A DNA stretch of 64,000 bases from Candidatus Levybacteria bacterium RIFCSPLOWO2_01_FULL_38_21 (GCA_001782475.1 MFOT01000024.1:42578-106577), one strand, 5' to 3'; positions 49,525-59,688 are shown, counted from the first letter of the stretch. Program-made: numbers and translations. Notes: generated by a model not told the origin, from the letters alone.

Positions 49525-50394
49525 TTGAATATGAAACTATCAAGAGGCGGAATTGGAATAATGGCTATGATTATGATAATACTCCTTGCCAGTATTTTTA
49601 TAGTCGGCGGAATATTCCCAAAACCCTCAACAACAGATCCAAATGCAGAAAAATTTACTGTCATAACAGGAATACCGCTTGACAGCCACAATACTCTTCA
49701 GCTTAAAACTATAAAATTTAATTCTTGCGCTTCAACCGCCGCCGTTGATTTTTTGGTGGACAGATCTGGCTCCATGCGGTTTGGATCCAAACTTGATAAC
49801 GTAAAGGGGGCGCTTAAAGTTTTTGCCGATAACTTTCCGAATGAAGGTATAATAGCAATGCAAACTTTTAGTGATTTTCCAAGCGCGGATGTGCCCTTTG
49901 ATTATTTTAGAAATGTTAAATCTCAATTTATAAATGCAGTTTATTCAATTTACGCCGATGGAGGCACATCTACAAAAGACGCTTTTACTTTTACAAAATC
50001 TAAATTAGATAACGCAATGCCCAAATTCCCAAATCAAAAATTCTCTCTAATTTTTATATCAGATGGAGTCCCGGAAACTTTGGCAACCAACATAGCGCTT
50101 TGTCCTGGTGGAAACCCAGATCCAACTTATTGCACATACAGCCCGACTACTCCTGGCGCATGCAGATGTTTTGATACAAACCAAGATCCGACTCAGGTCG
50201 CAGATGAGATTAAAAAATCCGGAGTTCGTATTTTTACCATCGGCTTTATACATGATGAGGATTTAAAATTCCAAAACGATTTAACAGAGCTTATGAAACG
50301 CGTTGCGTCTTCTCCAAATGACTTTTACCAGGCACCTATCAATAATCAGCTCACAGACATCCTCCAGCAAATATCGGTAAAAATCTGCAATTGA
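49525..50394 (+). CDS. Membrane-anchored vWA-domain protein
   Basis: MIDAS DRSGSM, GGT, FISDG; N-terminal hydrophobic helix. Confidence 0.88.
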   Translation: MNMKLSRGGIGIMAMIMIILLASIFIVGGIFPKPSTTDPNAEKFTVITGIPLDSHNTLQLKTIKFNSCASTAAVDFLVDRSGSMRFGSKLDNVKGALKVFADNFPNEGIIAMQTFSDFPSADVPFDYFRNVKSQFINAVYSIYADGGTSTKDAFTFTKSKLDNAMPKFPNQKFSLIFISDGVPETLATNIALCPGGNPDPTYCTYSPTTPGACRCFDTNQDPTQVADEIKKSGVRIFTIGFIHDEDLKFQNDLTELMKRVASSPNDFYQAPINNQLTDILQQISVKICN

Positions 50395-50402
50395 TACTAG
50401 CT

Positions 50403-50768
50403 TTATCCCGCTGACGTTCTTGTGAAGTCAACAATTGTTATTTCATATCCGTCAATTCCGTCAACCCCGATTGATCTTTCATATTCGCCGACATGTTTTA
50501 AGAAATAAGAAGTTTCCTCCAGAGTAGGATTTCCATTAATCAAATGGCTAAGGCATCTGTCAAATTGTTGCCTAGACAATGTTCCATCATTAAACTGTCT
50601 TGCTTGTTCCTTTCTTCTTTCTGCTTTTACCCCCTTACTGTTAGGTCTCCCTAACACCTTATTTGCTGTATCCAAACCTCCTCTGATTCTTCTTTGGTTT
50701 AACGAATGTCCAGCCAAGGGACTTCCGCTTACTCTTATTTCCCATCTTACTTCTTTTGCTCTTGACAT
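50403..50768 (-). CDS. Hypothetical protein
   Basis: 121-aa ORF, no recognisable motif. Confidence 0.45.
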   Translation of the reverse strand: MSRAKEVRWEIRVSGSPLAGHSLNQRRIRGGLDTANKVLGRPNSKGVKAERRKEQARQFNDGTLSRQQFDRCLSHLINGNPTLEETSYFLKHVGEYERSIGVDGIDGYEITIVDFTRTSAG

Positions 50769-50849
50769 ATGATTTTTTTAATTTGCGTAGCGCAATCTGA
50801 TTTTACCATAACTTGCTAGAATTATTAGAAGGGTTAACATATTGAACGT

Positions 50850-52190
50850 TTATGGAACTGGAAAATTACTACAAAACTCCTTTACTTGCCTATTAATTTC
50901 CAAAAGTTTTTTGTTCCTTACAATCTTTCTTTTAAACTCCTTCCAAAACTCGCTTCTTTTTTCTCTTGTGGTGAGCTTGCCGAATCCATTTTGTAATCGA
51001 CCCCCCTTTATTTCTTCAATTACCTGATTGATCCATTCAGCAATTTTTACCATCTCTTTTTCCTTCATGCCTCTTGTTGTCAGAACTGGAGTTCCTAAAC
51101 GAATTCCCGATGGGTAAAACGGCGGCATTGGATCATTTGGTACGGCATTTTTGTTAACAACTATTCCCGCAACCTCCAGAGCAAAAGCTGCCAAAGCGCC
51201 GTTTACCTTCCTATTCGAAAGATCAATCAACAAAAGATGATTATCCGTTCCTCCGCTTACAAGATTAAATTTAAATTTCCTGAGCTCTTCAGCGAGGACT
51301 TTTGCATTTTTGACCACCTGCTGACTATATTTTTTAAATGACGGGAAACCTGCTTCTAAAAGACTAACTGCAATTGCCGCGGTTTGATTATCATGCGGCC
51401 CTCCCTGTAATCCCGGAAAGACTGCTTTATCAATTTTTTCTCCCAACTGTGAATCTTTTTTTAGCCCCTCACCAGTCACCATGATGATAGCTCCCCTTGG
51501 ACCCCTAAGAGTCTTATGTGTCGTCGTCATAACAATATGGGCATAAGGAACTGGTGAAGGGTGAGCGCCAGCGACTATTAATCCTGCAATATGGGAAATA
51601 TCGGCTAAAAGATATGCTCCTACTCTGTCTGAAATCTTTCCAAATCTTTTAAAATCTATAATTCTAGGATATGCGGTTGCTCCACAGACAATTATTTTTG
51701 GTTTTTCTTTTAAGGCAAGTTTTTCAACTTCATCATAATCGATTAATCCGTTTTTATCCAAATGATATGGCACCACTTTATAGTATTTTCCCGAAATTGA
51801 AACAGGCGATCCGTGGGTTAAATGACCTCCAAAGGCAAGCGAGAGTCCCATTATTTTATCTTTAAAAGGTTTAAGAAGCGCAAGATAAACTGCAGTATTT
51901 GCAGGAGATCCGGAATAAGGCTGGACATTAACATAAGAAACTCCAAACAATTTTTTCGCCCGCTCCTCTGCCAAGATTTCTACACTATCTATAATGGTAT
52001 TCCCCTGATAATATCTTTTCTTAGGATACCCTTCCGAATATTTATTTGTTAGAACACTTCCCAATGCCTCCATTACAGCCTTTGAAGTATAATTTTCAGA
52101 GGGAATCATCTCCAAAACCTCTTCCTGCCTTTTTTCTTCCTCTTTTATTAAATTGTAAATCTCAGGATCTGTCTGTTTTAATTTTCTCAT
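50850..52190 (-). CDS. glyA: Serine hydroxymethyltransferase
   Basis: MIPSENY, NKYSEGYP, GGHLTHG, TTHKTLRGPRG. Confidence 0.97.
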   Translation of the reverse strand: MRKLKQTDPEIYNLIKEEEKRQEEVLEMIPSENYTSKAVMEALGSVLTNKYSEGYPKKRYYQGNTIIDSVEILAEERAKKLFGVSYVNVQPYSGSPANTAVYLALLKPFKDKIMGLSLAFGGHLTHGSPVSISGKYYKVVPYHLDKNGLIDYDEVEKLALKEKPKIIVCGATAYPRIIDFKRFGKISDRVGAYLLADISHIAGLIVAGAHPSPVPYAHIVMTTTHKTLRGPRGAIIMVTGEGLKKDSQLGEKIDKAVFPGLQGGPHDNQTAAIAVSLLEAGFPSFKKYSQQVVKNAKVLAEELRKFKFNLVSGGTDNHLLLIDLSNRKVNGALAAFALEVAGIVVNKNAVPNDPMPPFYPSGIRLGTPVLTTRGMKEKEMVKIAEWINQVIEEIKGGRLQNGFGKLTTREKRSEFWKEFKRKIVRNKKLLEINRQVKEFCSNFPVP

Positions 52191-52217
52191 AATATTATTT
52201 CCGAGCGTTTTGAACAT

Positions 52218-52721
52218 TTACCTCTCTAAATTAATGAATCTGAATTTAATTCCGTTTGATTCTCCGGTTTCTTCGCTTACTACTTTTTTAAACTGCGAAT
52301 AATCCGGGAAAAATGTATCGCAACTAAAGTCCCCCTCAACTTTTGTTAAGTATATTCTATTTACAATACCTTTTTCCAGTACTTCGCGAAAAACATGTGC
52401 TCCCCCAATTATAAAAATCTCGCGATTTTCAGACTTTTTTGCTTTATTAATAGCATCTTCCAACGAATTCGAAATTACTATTCCCTCTTTTTTAAAATCT
52501 GGATTTTGTGTCACAACTATATTTACTCTGTTCGGAAGTGGCTTTCCAATATACTCCAGAATTGATTCAAAAGTTTTTCTCCCCATTATAACAGGGTGTC
52601 CGGTCGTAAGTTTTTTAAATCTCTTAAGATCCTCAGAAATATGCCATGGAATTGTATTATCTTTACCGATTCCGCCTCTGCTGTCTATTGCTACGATTAA
52701 ACTAATTCTTGGTTTGCTCAT
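52218..52721 (-). CDS. folA: Dihydrofolate reductase
   Basis: IGKDNTIPW, IMGRKTFESI, LPNR, IIGG, DTFFP. Confidence 0.96.
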   Translation of the reverse strand: MSKPRISLIVAIDSRGGIGKDNTIPWHISEDLKRFKKLTTGHPVIMGRKTFESILEYIGKPLPNRVNIVVTQNPDFKKEGIVISNSLEDAINKAKKSENREIFIIGGAHVFREVLEKGIVNRIYLTKVEGDFSCDTFFPDYSQFKKVVSEETGESNGIKFRFINLER

Positions 52722-53274
52722 TGCATTTTTTTCTCAAAACAAGTATATTATACCAATTGCGAGGTGGCAAGCATTCATAAACAAAACAGAAATTTCTATC
52801 CCATATAGAATAGATCGAAACCCTGACACGACTGACGTTGAGAGGGTTTTCATAAATCCAGAGGCAGGCACCAATTGCGAACTTTTAGTTCATTCAATCG
52901 TTTCTGCAAGGGGTTTTGAACTCCCCCGACTTAGATCTTCTGATCTATACGAAGATACTAATTATACTAGTCTCGTTGAAGACATATCACAAGCTCAAAC
53001 TGGAGATATAATAGGTCTTAGCCCAATAAATAAAAATGGTTTTAGAGGAATTCACGTCGCAATGATATGGATTGACGATAGCAAAAAAATACACATAGTT
53101 CATAATGCAAGACACACAGGAGGAGTACGATTGCAGACACTCGAGGATGCAATGCAACATCCTGAGCATGCAAGAATTGCATGGATTAAAAGACCAATTA
53201 GAGAAAATCCTACTCTCTTACAATCAGAGAAACTCAGAGAGCTTGATTTTGGCTATTTAGCAAGAGATCTTTGA
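52714..53274 (+). CDS. NlpC/P60-like (papain-fold) protein
   Basis: NCELLV, GDII, HVAM, HNA spacing matches NlpC/P60 catalytic Cys/His; start uncertain. Confidence 0.55.
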   Translation: MLIAFFSQNKYIIPIARWQAFINKTEISIPYRIDRNPDTTDVERVFINPEAGTNCELLVHSIVSARGFELPRLRSSDLYEDTNYTSLVEDISQAQTGDIIGLSPINKNGFRGIHVAMIWIDDSKKIHIVHNARHTGGVRLQTLEDAMQHPEHARIAWIKRPIRENPTLLQSEKLRELDFGYLARDL

Positions 53275-53280
53275 GCAACC

Positions 53281-53409
53281 CTAACAGCGTCTTCCTCCCG
53301 GAAGTCCGTATATTCCTGTCAGATACCCTGCTTTCTCGGTGTGTTTTACTAAAAGAACCTCATCGTCTTTAATAATTAAAACAGCGACAGTCGGGATTAT
53401 TTCTATCAT
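53281..53409 (-). pseudogene. Truncated NUDIX hydrolase fragment (42 aa)
   Basis: MIEIIPTVAVLIIKDDEVLLVKHTEKAGYLTGIYGLPGGRRC* stops at the start of the Nudix box. Confidence 0.7.
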
Positions 53410-53439
53410 TTATTAAAAATATTAACCGTTGGATTGTAG

Positions 53440-53457
53440 TGATGTATCAATACATCA
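53440..53457. promoter_or_regulatory. Candidate operator TGATGTATCAATACATCA, site 1
   Basis: 8-2-8 palindrome, recurring at 53894 and 61062. Confidence 0.7.
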
Positions 53458-53464
53458 ATATGAG

Positions 53465-53851
53465 TTAGCTAAACCATCTTTTTACGAATTTTGAACCACC
53501 GTACGGTCCCTTTTTTAGAAAGTCTTTCTTTTCTCTATCCATTTGTTTTTCTATTCTTTCTAAAGCTAGAATAATTCCGCCCTCTCCCTCTTCAATTATT
53601 CTTTTCATCCTCGAAACGGTTTGAGTACTTGTTTTTGCTTTCAATGCAACAGTTCTTAAGTCCAGACCTTTTATCAAAAGGCTTGCTATGTGCCATCTTC
53701 TTTTTAGCATTCGAAGCTCAGATTTTGTCAGGATATCTTTTAAAAATTTTTTAATTTCCTCCGTATCTTTTAAAGAATTTATAATCTCATAGAGAAAATG
53801 AATCTCTCTAAAATAATCTTCATTTTGAATTTCCTCCCTTGGTTTTGACAT
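53465..53851 (-). CDS. TrpR/YerC-YecD family DNA-binding protein
   Basis: FLKDILTKSELRMLKRRWHIASLL...KTSTQTVSR. Confidence 0.85.
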   Translation of the reverse strand: MSKPREEIQNEDYFREIHFLYEIINSLKDTEEIKKFLKDILTKSELRMLKRRWHIASLLIKGLDLRTVALKAKTSTQTVSRMKRIIEEGEGGIILALERIEKQMDREKKDFLKKGPYGGSKFVKRWFS

Positions 53852-53893
53852 AAAATAATTATACCAATAACTTATAGCCTATCAATTTTGTTT

Positions 53894-53911
53894 CCATGTA
53901 TCAATACATCA
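53894..53911. promoter_or_regulatory. Candidate operator, site 2 (CCATGTATCAATACATCA)
   Basis: Abuts a minus-strand TATAAT upstream of the TrpR-like gene. Confidence 0.7.
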
Positions 53912-53985
53912 TTATAGTATCACAACAAAACAAACGATAATAGTTCTAAAAAATACAAGGAGTATTCGAACTAAATCGCAAAATT

Positions 53986-54954
53986 TCAGAAGCCTCCGAC
54001 AACTGTGACTTCTCCTTTGATTGGAGGGTGGGAATCATATCCTTCCAAAGTGAAATCTTCAAATTTTATATCGTCTATGTCTTTTAATTTTGGATTGATT
54101 TTCATTTTGGGAAACGGCCGTGGTTTTCTTTTAATTTGCTCTTTGACCTGATCAAAATGATTGCTGTAGATATGCGCATCTCCAAAGGTGTGAACGAAAT
54201 CCCCGGGAGGATAACCCGTCAGATGGGCAAAAATCATCGTAAAAAGCGCATAGCTTGCTATATTAAACGGAACGCCCAAAAAAAGATCAGCGCTTCTTTG
54301 ATATAGCTGGCAGGAAAGCCGGCCATTTATTACATTAAACTGGAAAAGCGTATGGCAGGGCGGAAGAGCAACCGATTGTCCCGGCTTTGCCATTTCATAT
54401 ACAAACTCCGGATTCCAGGCAGAAATTACAATATGCCGCCTCTCCGGTGTTTTTTTTATCTTTTGAATCGCCCATTTTACCTGATCGATTTTCCGCCCAT
54501 CTGATGCCGGCCATCTTCTCCACTGGACTCCATAAACAGGCCCCAATTCTCCATATTTTTTAACAAACGGATGATCGGATGATGAGCTTTTTATTTTTAC
54601 AACATACTCTTCCTGCGTCAATATTTTTGAGTTTTGAGTTTTGAGTTTTGAGTTTTGGGCTACTTTGTAGCCCTTGTATCCCCATTCATCCCAAATATGA
54701 ACATCGTTATCAACTAGATATTTTATATTTGAATCGCCTCTTAAAAACCAGATCAACTCATGCAAAATTCCCCTAAGAAAAACTTTTTTCGTAGTCAAAA
54801 GAGGAAAACCGGTTGATAAATCAAAGCGAATTTGCCTTCCAAAAACACTCCTAAACGTTATTCCGGAATTAAACTCATGCTTCTCAAACCCATTTTCCAT
54901 GACATCTGTAAGTAAATCTAGATATTGATATTCCGGATGAAGATTTTTTTTCAT
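53986..54954 (-). CDS. thyA: Thymidylate synthase
   Basis: [37 protein letters not shown]. Confidence 0.97.
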   Translation of the reverse strand: MKKNLHPEYQYLDLLTDVMENGFEKHEFNSGITFRSVFGRQIRFDLSTGFPLLTTKKVFLRGILHELIWFLRGDSNIKYLVDNDVHIWDEWGYKGYKVAQNSKLKTQNSKILTQEEYVVKIKSSSSDHPFVKKYGELGPVYGVQWRRWPASDGRKIDQVKWAIQKIKKTPERRHIVISAWNPEFVYEMAKPGQSVALPPCHTLFQFNVINGRLSCQLYQRSADLFLGVPFNIASYALFTMIFAHLTGYPPGDFVHTFGDAHIYSNHFDQVKEQIKRKPRPFPKMKINPKLKDIDDIKFEDFTLEGYDSHPPIKGEVTVVGGF

Positions 54955-55490
54955 ACTTGTTTCTCTCTTTTTAGCACGCTAACGCGTCCTCCCTGCCACT
55001 GACCACGATATAAACTTCCTCCACCCAAAACCTGCTCAAATTGGGCGTGAACAAACCGTGCTCCCATCTCAATTGCAACCGGAATAGGCCCTTCATTTTT
55101 AAGCCCGAACGTTAATTTTCCTTTATATCCGGGTGCGACATTTCCCGTCCTTAGGAAAAGACCCGATCGAAAAGTCGTTGTCCTTGGCTTAAAATTAATT
55201 GTGATATCAAACGGCGTATTCACGCTTTCTATTGTCGTGACAAGATAAAAATCCCCAGGCTTGATTAAAATACTCCTGTTCTCTCCCTCTACATATTTTT
55301 CAACAAGCTTGATATCTGCGGTTTTACGGTGGGTTTCTCCAAGGAAAGCATCGCCCGAAATTTTATAGACTTCTCCAAGTCTCAAATCAAATCCGGCACC
55401 TTCAGGATTCTCAAGCTCTCTTTTGGATAAACCCTCGACGAGTTTTTTCGTCTTTACTAATTGCAATAATTTTCTCGGCCCAAGTACCAT
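54951..55490 (-). CDS. Trimeric dUTPase / dCTP deaminase-like protein
   Basis: [27 protein letters not shown]. Confidence 0.8.
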   Translation of the reverse strand: MVLGPRKLLQLVKTKKLVEGLSKRELENPEGAGFDLRLGEVYKISGDAFLGETHRKTADIKLVEKYVEGENRSILIKPGDFYLVTTIESVNTPFDITINFKPRTTTFRSGLFLRTGNVAPGYKGKLTFGLKNEGPIPVAIEMGARFVHAQFEQVLGGGSLYRGQWQGGRVSVLKREKQV

Positions 55491-55620
55491 AAATGCTAAA
55501 TTCTAATATCTAAATCCTAAATAAATTCCAATTTTCAAGATAGCAAATTCGAAACAGTTTTGTATTTATAAATTGTGATTTTGATATTATTTAGGATTTC
55601 GGATTTAGTGTTTCGAATTT
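55491..55620 (-). mobile_element. Gene-less (MITE-like) copy of the four-helix-bundle element arms
   Basis: 55491-55521 matches reverse complement of 11354-11384 (29/31); 55590-55620 matches reverse complement of 10920-10950 (30/31). Confidence 0.6.
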
Positions 55621-56283
55621 ACCGATAATATCGGCTGTTACTTTCTCCTGCGACCTTTCTCCATCTATCGCAGTTATTTCTTTAGAAAATTTCTTTGCGA
55701 TCCAGTCATATCCTGCTTTTATATTTTTAAGTTTTTCCGCTGTTTCGTAATATTCCTGTTTCTTTCTCATTTTAGAAAGTCTTGATATTGCAGTAGTCTC
55801 TGAGACATTAATATAAAAAGTTACATCCGGAACTATAAACTGGTGGTACATAGAAATAATGCTTTCCGAAACTAGAAGAATTTCTTCATTTTTTAATTTA
55901 TGCAGGTCTTCTTTTTTGTCTGAAATCCCATATGCAACTGACGACCAAAAACATCTATCCGAAATTACGATTCTACCTTTTTGAAGTGGTGGCTCAACAA
56001 CAGTTTTCATATGAATCGCTCGGTCTGCAGCAAAAAGGTATTGAACAGAGACCGGTGGCAGATCTATCTTTTCTTGTATAAAATCGTGAATTAGAGTCCC
56101 TATTGGAGGGATGTTTGTAGGTTCTTTTGTATAAACTACCTTCTTTTTTTTATCTTCGAAGTATTTTTTTAAAATAGAAGCTTGAGTTGTTTTACCAACC
56201 CCATCTATTCCTTCAAAAGCAACATAAACCCCTTTATATGGATTTTTTCTAAGCTCGATATCAAAAGAAACATGATGCTTCAT
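55591..56283 (-). CDS. tmk: Thymidylate kinase
   Basis: FEGIDGVGKTTQ, KEP, LFAADR, ISDR. Confidence 0.95.
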   Translation of the reverse strand: MKHHVSFDIELRKNPYKGVYVAFEGIDGVGKTTQASILKKYFEDKKKKVVYTKEPTNIPPIGTLIHDFIQEKIDLPPVSVQYLFAADRAIHMKTVVEPPLQKGRIVISDRCFWSSVAYGISDKKEDLHKLKNEEILLVSESIISMYHQFIVPDVTFYINVSETTAISRLSKMRKKQEYYETAEKLKNIKAGYDWIAKKFSKEITAIDGERSQEKVTADIIGKFETLNPKS

Positions 56284-56849
56284 TTTTCTTCGTGAATTTT
56301 GCTCTCATCCGGCTCTCTTTGCGTCCTGTATTTTGCGGTTTTCTTTTGCGAATATGGAGTTTCTGCCTCGCTTGACAACTGCTCAAAACTCATTGCGCAA
56401 ATTCTCATGCCGGGGGTAAGCTTTACTGCCATTCGTCCCAAATTGCCAAGCTCCAAAACACACTTCCCGTCCCACCCCGCATCAAAAATTGACGCTGTTG
56501 AATGTACAACTATCCCAAGCCTACCCAAGGAGGACCTACCCTCAAGCCTTCCCATCATATTATTCGGAATTTTAACTCTCTCAAGCGTCACTGCCAAAGC
56601 AAAATCCCCGGGCTGCATAACAAATCCCTCGCCGTTTCTAACAACCACTTTTTTGGTTATTTCACTTGAGAAATTTTTTTTGGAAGGATCGATATACGGA
56701 TATTTGCTATGTTCAAAAACGCGAAAAACATTTCCCAACCGAAGATCAATAGAACAAGTTCCCAGCTGTTTGGAAAAATCAGGAAGAGGTTTTATCACTA
56801 TTTTTTTTGTTTTAATAGCTTTTTTAAGATCTCTATCCGACAAAACCAT
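56280..56849 (-). CDS. dcd: dCTP deaminase
   Basis: MVLSDRD, SIDLRLG, GRSSLGRLG, DAGWDG, LELGN. Confidence 0.93.
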   Translation of the reverse strand: MVLSDRDLKKAIKTKKIVIKPLPDFSKQLGTCSIDLRLGNVFRVFEHSKYPYIDPSKKNFSSEITKKVVVRNGEGFVMQPGDFALAVTLERVKIPNNMMGRLEGRSSLGRLGIVVHSTASIFDAGWDGKCVLELGNLGRMAVKLTPGMRICAMSFEQLSSEAETPYSQKKTAKYRTQREPDESKIHEEK

Positions 56850-56953
56850 AGCAAAAGTTTAACACCAAAACTAAGAATTTAAAAGTAGTAAATTTGATAC
56901 CGCTTGACAAGTTAATAAAAATACCCTACTGTGTTTATAGAACTTATCTAAAA

Positions 56954-57628
56954 ATGGCAAAACAAGCAAAAACAAATCGATCAAGAACATTAGGTCTCTT
57001 TATACTATTTTTAATCGTCGCCGCAATCCCCCTGACCGTTATAATTTCCCAACAGCAACAGGAAACCCGCCAGCGTGCCGCCGGAATAATTGCAACTCCT
57101 GCTCCGGGATCTCGTCCTCCCCCCTGCTATATACCGCAAATAATTATTGACAAAATCAGATCCTCTACCAATAATCAAAATTTAAATACTCAATGGAGAC
57201 GACTCTTTGGCTATGGAGATGTAGATCTGGATGGATCTGTCACCGCTAGGGATGCTGAGCTTGTTTTGAAATTCGTTGTAAATTCTTATAAACTTACTCC
57301 CTTGCAAATAGAAGCAGCAGATGTAAATGGAACGCCAAATGTTCTTTCGGGAAAGTCAGATGTTGATTCAGTTGATGCGCTGAAGATACTCAGATATACT
57401 ACCGGTCGTTTTGAAAAAACTTTCCCCGTCTGCGGCAATTGGCAAGTAACTCCCACCTGTCGGCCTAGACCCCCATGTCTGGACGCAACACCAAAGTGTC
57501 TTATTGCAGAAACAGCTGACATGTGTCCACGCCCGACGCCTACCTGCCGTCCGAGGCCAGCCTGTTTGGATGCAACTCCAAGATGCTTGATTGCGGAAAC
57601 TTCAGATATGTGTCCCCGAACTAAGTAA
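56954..57628 (+). CDS. Membrane-anchored dockerin-domain protein with Cys-rich tandem repeat
   Basis: TM + QQETRQRAA; GDVDLDGSVTARDA and ADVNG...VDSVDA; TPTCRPRP.CLDATP.CLIAET.DMCPR x2. Confidence 0.8.
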   Translation: MAKQAKTNRSRTLGLFILFLIVAAIPLTVIISQQQQETRQRAAGIIATPAPGSRPPPCYIPQIIIDKIRSSTNNQNLNTQWRRLFGYGDVDLDGSVTARDAELVLKFVVNSYKLTPLQIEAADVNGTPNVLSGKSDVDSVDALKILRYTTGRFEKTFPVCGNWQVTPTCRPRPPCLDATPKCLIAETADMCPRPTPTCRPRPACLDATPRCLIAETSDMCPRTK

Positions 57629-57755
57629 AAAAGCTCTCCGATTTTAGTACATATTCATAATTCTATTGGATATGTAACAACAATTTTAGAGAACCCAAGA
57701 TCAGGTATTGACAAAGAGCGCAGTTTTGCGTACCTTTAAAGATATAGGGTTTCTT

Positions 57756-59618
57756 ATGGATAAGGACACAAAAGAGAATTCACCCGCCAAGCCTGCCTCA
57801 GAACCTGTTTCCTATGCGAGAAGCAATAATTTCTTACCGAAATTCTTCGATAAGTTTTTCTCCTTTTTCACCAAAAAAACTGTTGCCGGTCTTGCTATTT
57901 TAGTTTTAGTAATAGGGATCGGAGCAACAATAATTGCAGTCCAGCGCTCAACAGAAATAAGACAACGAGCCGCTACCTCAACCTATTCTCTTTCTGGAGG
58001 GCAGGGAGATCTTTCGGGAAATGACAAACAGCACAAGATTCTTTATGCTTGGCAGCCCCCCAGCAGTCCTGGAGGGCAATATCATATTCTACTTGTCCGT
58101 AAAAACTATAATCCAGAGTGGAATAAGTTTGATTACAGAGTTGGCGAAATAGGAGGTTTGTCATTCATAACATTTACCTATGGCCAACCTTCCAGTACCT
58201 ATAAAGCGGCAATTTTCAACGGTCTCACAGGTGCAATACTTTCCAATGTAGTCTCTGTTACCACCGCTGCTACCTCAACACAAGGAGCACCTGATCTAAT
58301 TATTCAAAGTCTTACTCTTTCTACCTATAATCCTACTCCTGGTCAAACAGTCACTACCACTGTTGTTATCAAGAACCAAGGATCTGTCGCTGTAAACTCC
58401 CTGTTTGCCACTGCTTTGTGGGCGGATCGAGGTTCTGCTCCACCCTGTAATGATAAAACTTATAACCAGAGGAAATCAACTTATAATTCGCTGGCAGCAG
58501 GCGCAACTCAGACATTAGATATGCCTTTTTTTGCGCCCTCAACTAATGGATCAAAAACCGCCTGGGTTTTCGTTGATGACAGCTGTATAATCTCAGAAAG
58601 TAATGAGGGAAATAATACAGCCAGTGTAAACTATACTGTCGGGGCTTCAGCCATAAATTATACCGTCAGTGTCTATGTTTTTGTGGATAAAGATGGAGAT
58701 GGGATAAAAGATGGATCCACCGACCCTTATTATCTTAACGCAACAGCAACTCTAACAGGTGGAGGGTTAAATATTACACGTTCTATGCCTAATGGAAGTT
58801 ATGCTTTTAAAGTACCCGCTGGAACTTATACAATAACTGTCCCCACTCCTGCCGGATACAGGGCGACTACTCCCAATCCTACCTCAAGGACAGTACCGCT
58901 AGATGCCTACGTTGGTTTTGGTATACAGCGCGCACCAACTCCAACCCCAACTCGAGCCCCAACCAGAACACCCACCCCAACTCGTACACCTACTCCAACC
59001 GTGCCTCCTAATCAGACCCCAACTCCAACTGGAGTTGTAACCCCAACCCCAGGCGGAGGAACTCAATTTGCCCTATCTATAGGCCTTGACGGAATAGGAA
59101 GTGTAGGAGATAATGCCACTCCAAATGATAGCAGCGGCTCAAACAAGAATCCCACACGAACAACAAGAAACGCTGTGGTACAAATTTATAATGCGACAAA
59201 CAATCTAGTTGCATCAACAAGCGGAACTGTTGCTTATAATTCCACTCAAGGAATATTTATCGGCAATGTAAGCCTAGGTACAAACACAGATATACAAAGT
59301 GGAAGTTTCATTGTAAAAGTGAAATCAGACGGGTATCTTAGAAGGCGAACTCCAGGAATTCAAAATGTAGTATTGGGGCAAGTCAATACTATACCACAGA
59401 TTAATCTTGTTACCGGAGATATAAATGGGGATAATGCAATAAATATCCTCGATTACAACATTCTCATAAGCTGCTCCATCTTCTCAACCGATAATCATGC
59501 AACCTGCAATAGTAACAGCCAATACGCTACGCTTTCTGACCTTGATGATAACGGAGCAATTAATCAATTTGATTACAACTTGTTCCTAAGAGAACTCTCT
59601 GTCCAAAACGGAGACTAA
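57756..59618 (+). CDS. Surface protein with CARDB-like, SdrD-B-like, PT linker and C-terminal dockerin
   Basis: TM + TEIRQRAA; PDLII...ESNEGNN; FVDKDGDG; GDINGDNAINILDY and DLDDNGAINQFDY. Confidence 0.82.
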   Translation: MDKDTKENSPAKPASEPVSYARSNNFLPKFFDKFFSFFTKKTVAGLAILVLVIGIGATIIAVQRSTEIRQRAATSTYSLSGGQGDLSGNDKQHKILYAWQPPSSPGGQYHILLVRKNYNPEWNKFDYRVGEIGGLSFITFTYGQPSSTYKAAIFNGLTGAILSNVVSVTTAATSTQGAPDLIIQSLTLSTYNPTPGQTVTTTVVIKNQGSVAVNSLFATALWADRGSAPPCNDKTYNQRKSTYNSLAAGATQTLDMPFFAPSTNGSKTAWVFVDDSCIISESNEGNNTASVNYTVGASAINYTVSVYVFVDKDGDGIKDGSTDPYYLNATATLTGGGLNITRSMPNGSYAFKVPAGTYTITVPTPAGYRATTPNPTSRTVPLDAYVGFGIQRAPTPTPTRAPTRTPTPTRTPTPTVPPNQTPTPTGVVTPTPGGGTQFALSIGLDGIGSVGDNATPNDSSGSNKNPTRTTRNAVVQIYNATNNLVASTSGTVAYNSTQGIFIGNVSLGTNTDIQSGSFIVKVKSDGYLRRRTPGIQNVVLGQVNTIPQINLVTGDINGDNAINILDYNILISCSIFSTDNHATCNSNSQYATLSDLDDNGAINQFDYNLFLRELSVQNGD

Positions 59619-59621
59619 AAT

Positions 59622-59681
59622 GAATACTACCAATACTACCAATAAACCAATATTGGAATATTTGTAGTATTTGTAGTATTC
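59622..59681. repeat. Inverted 9-bp-periodic palindrome
   Basis: GAATACTACC AATACTACC...TTTGTAGTA TTTGTAGTATTC. Confidence 0.65.
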
Positions 59682-59688
59682 TTATCTT

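Noticed and set aside
53288-53304. Third copy of the 27-bp direct repeat (CTTCCTCCCGGA)
   Set aside because: Only a short partial match, explained by the LPGGR codons of the NUDIX fragment
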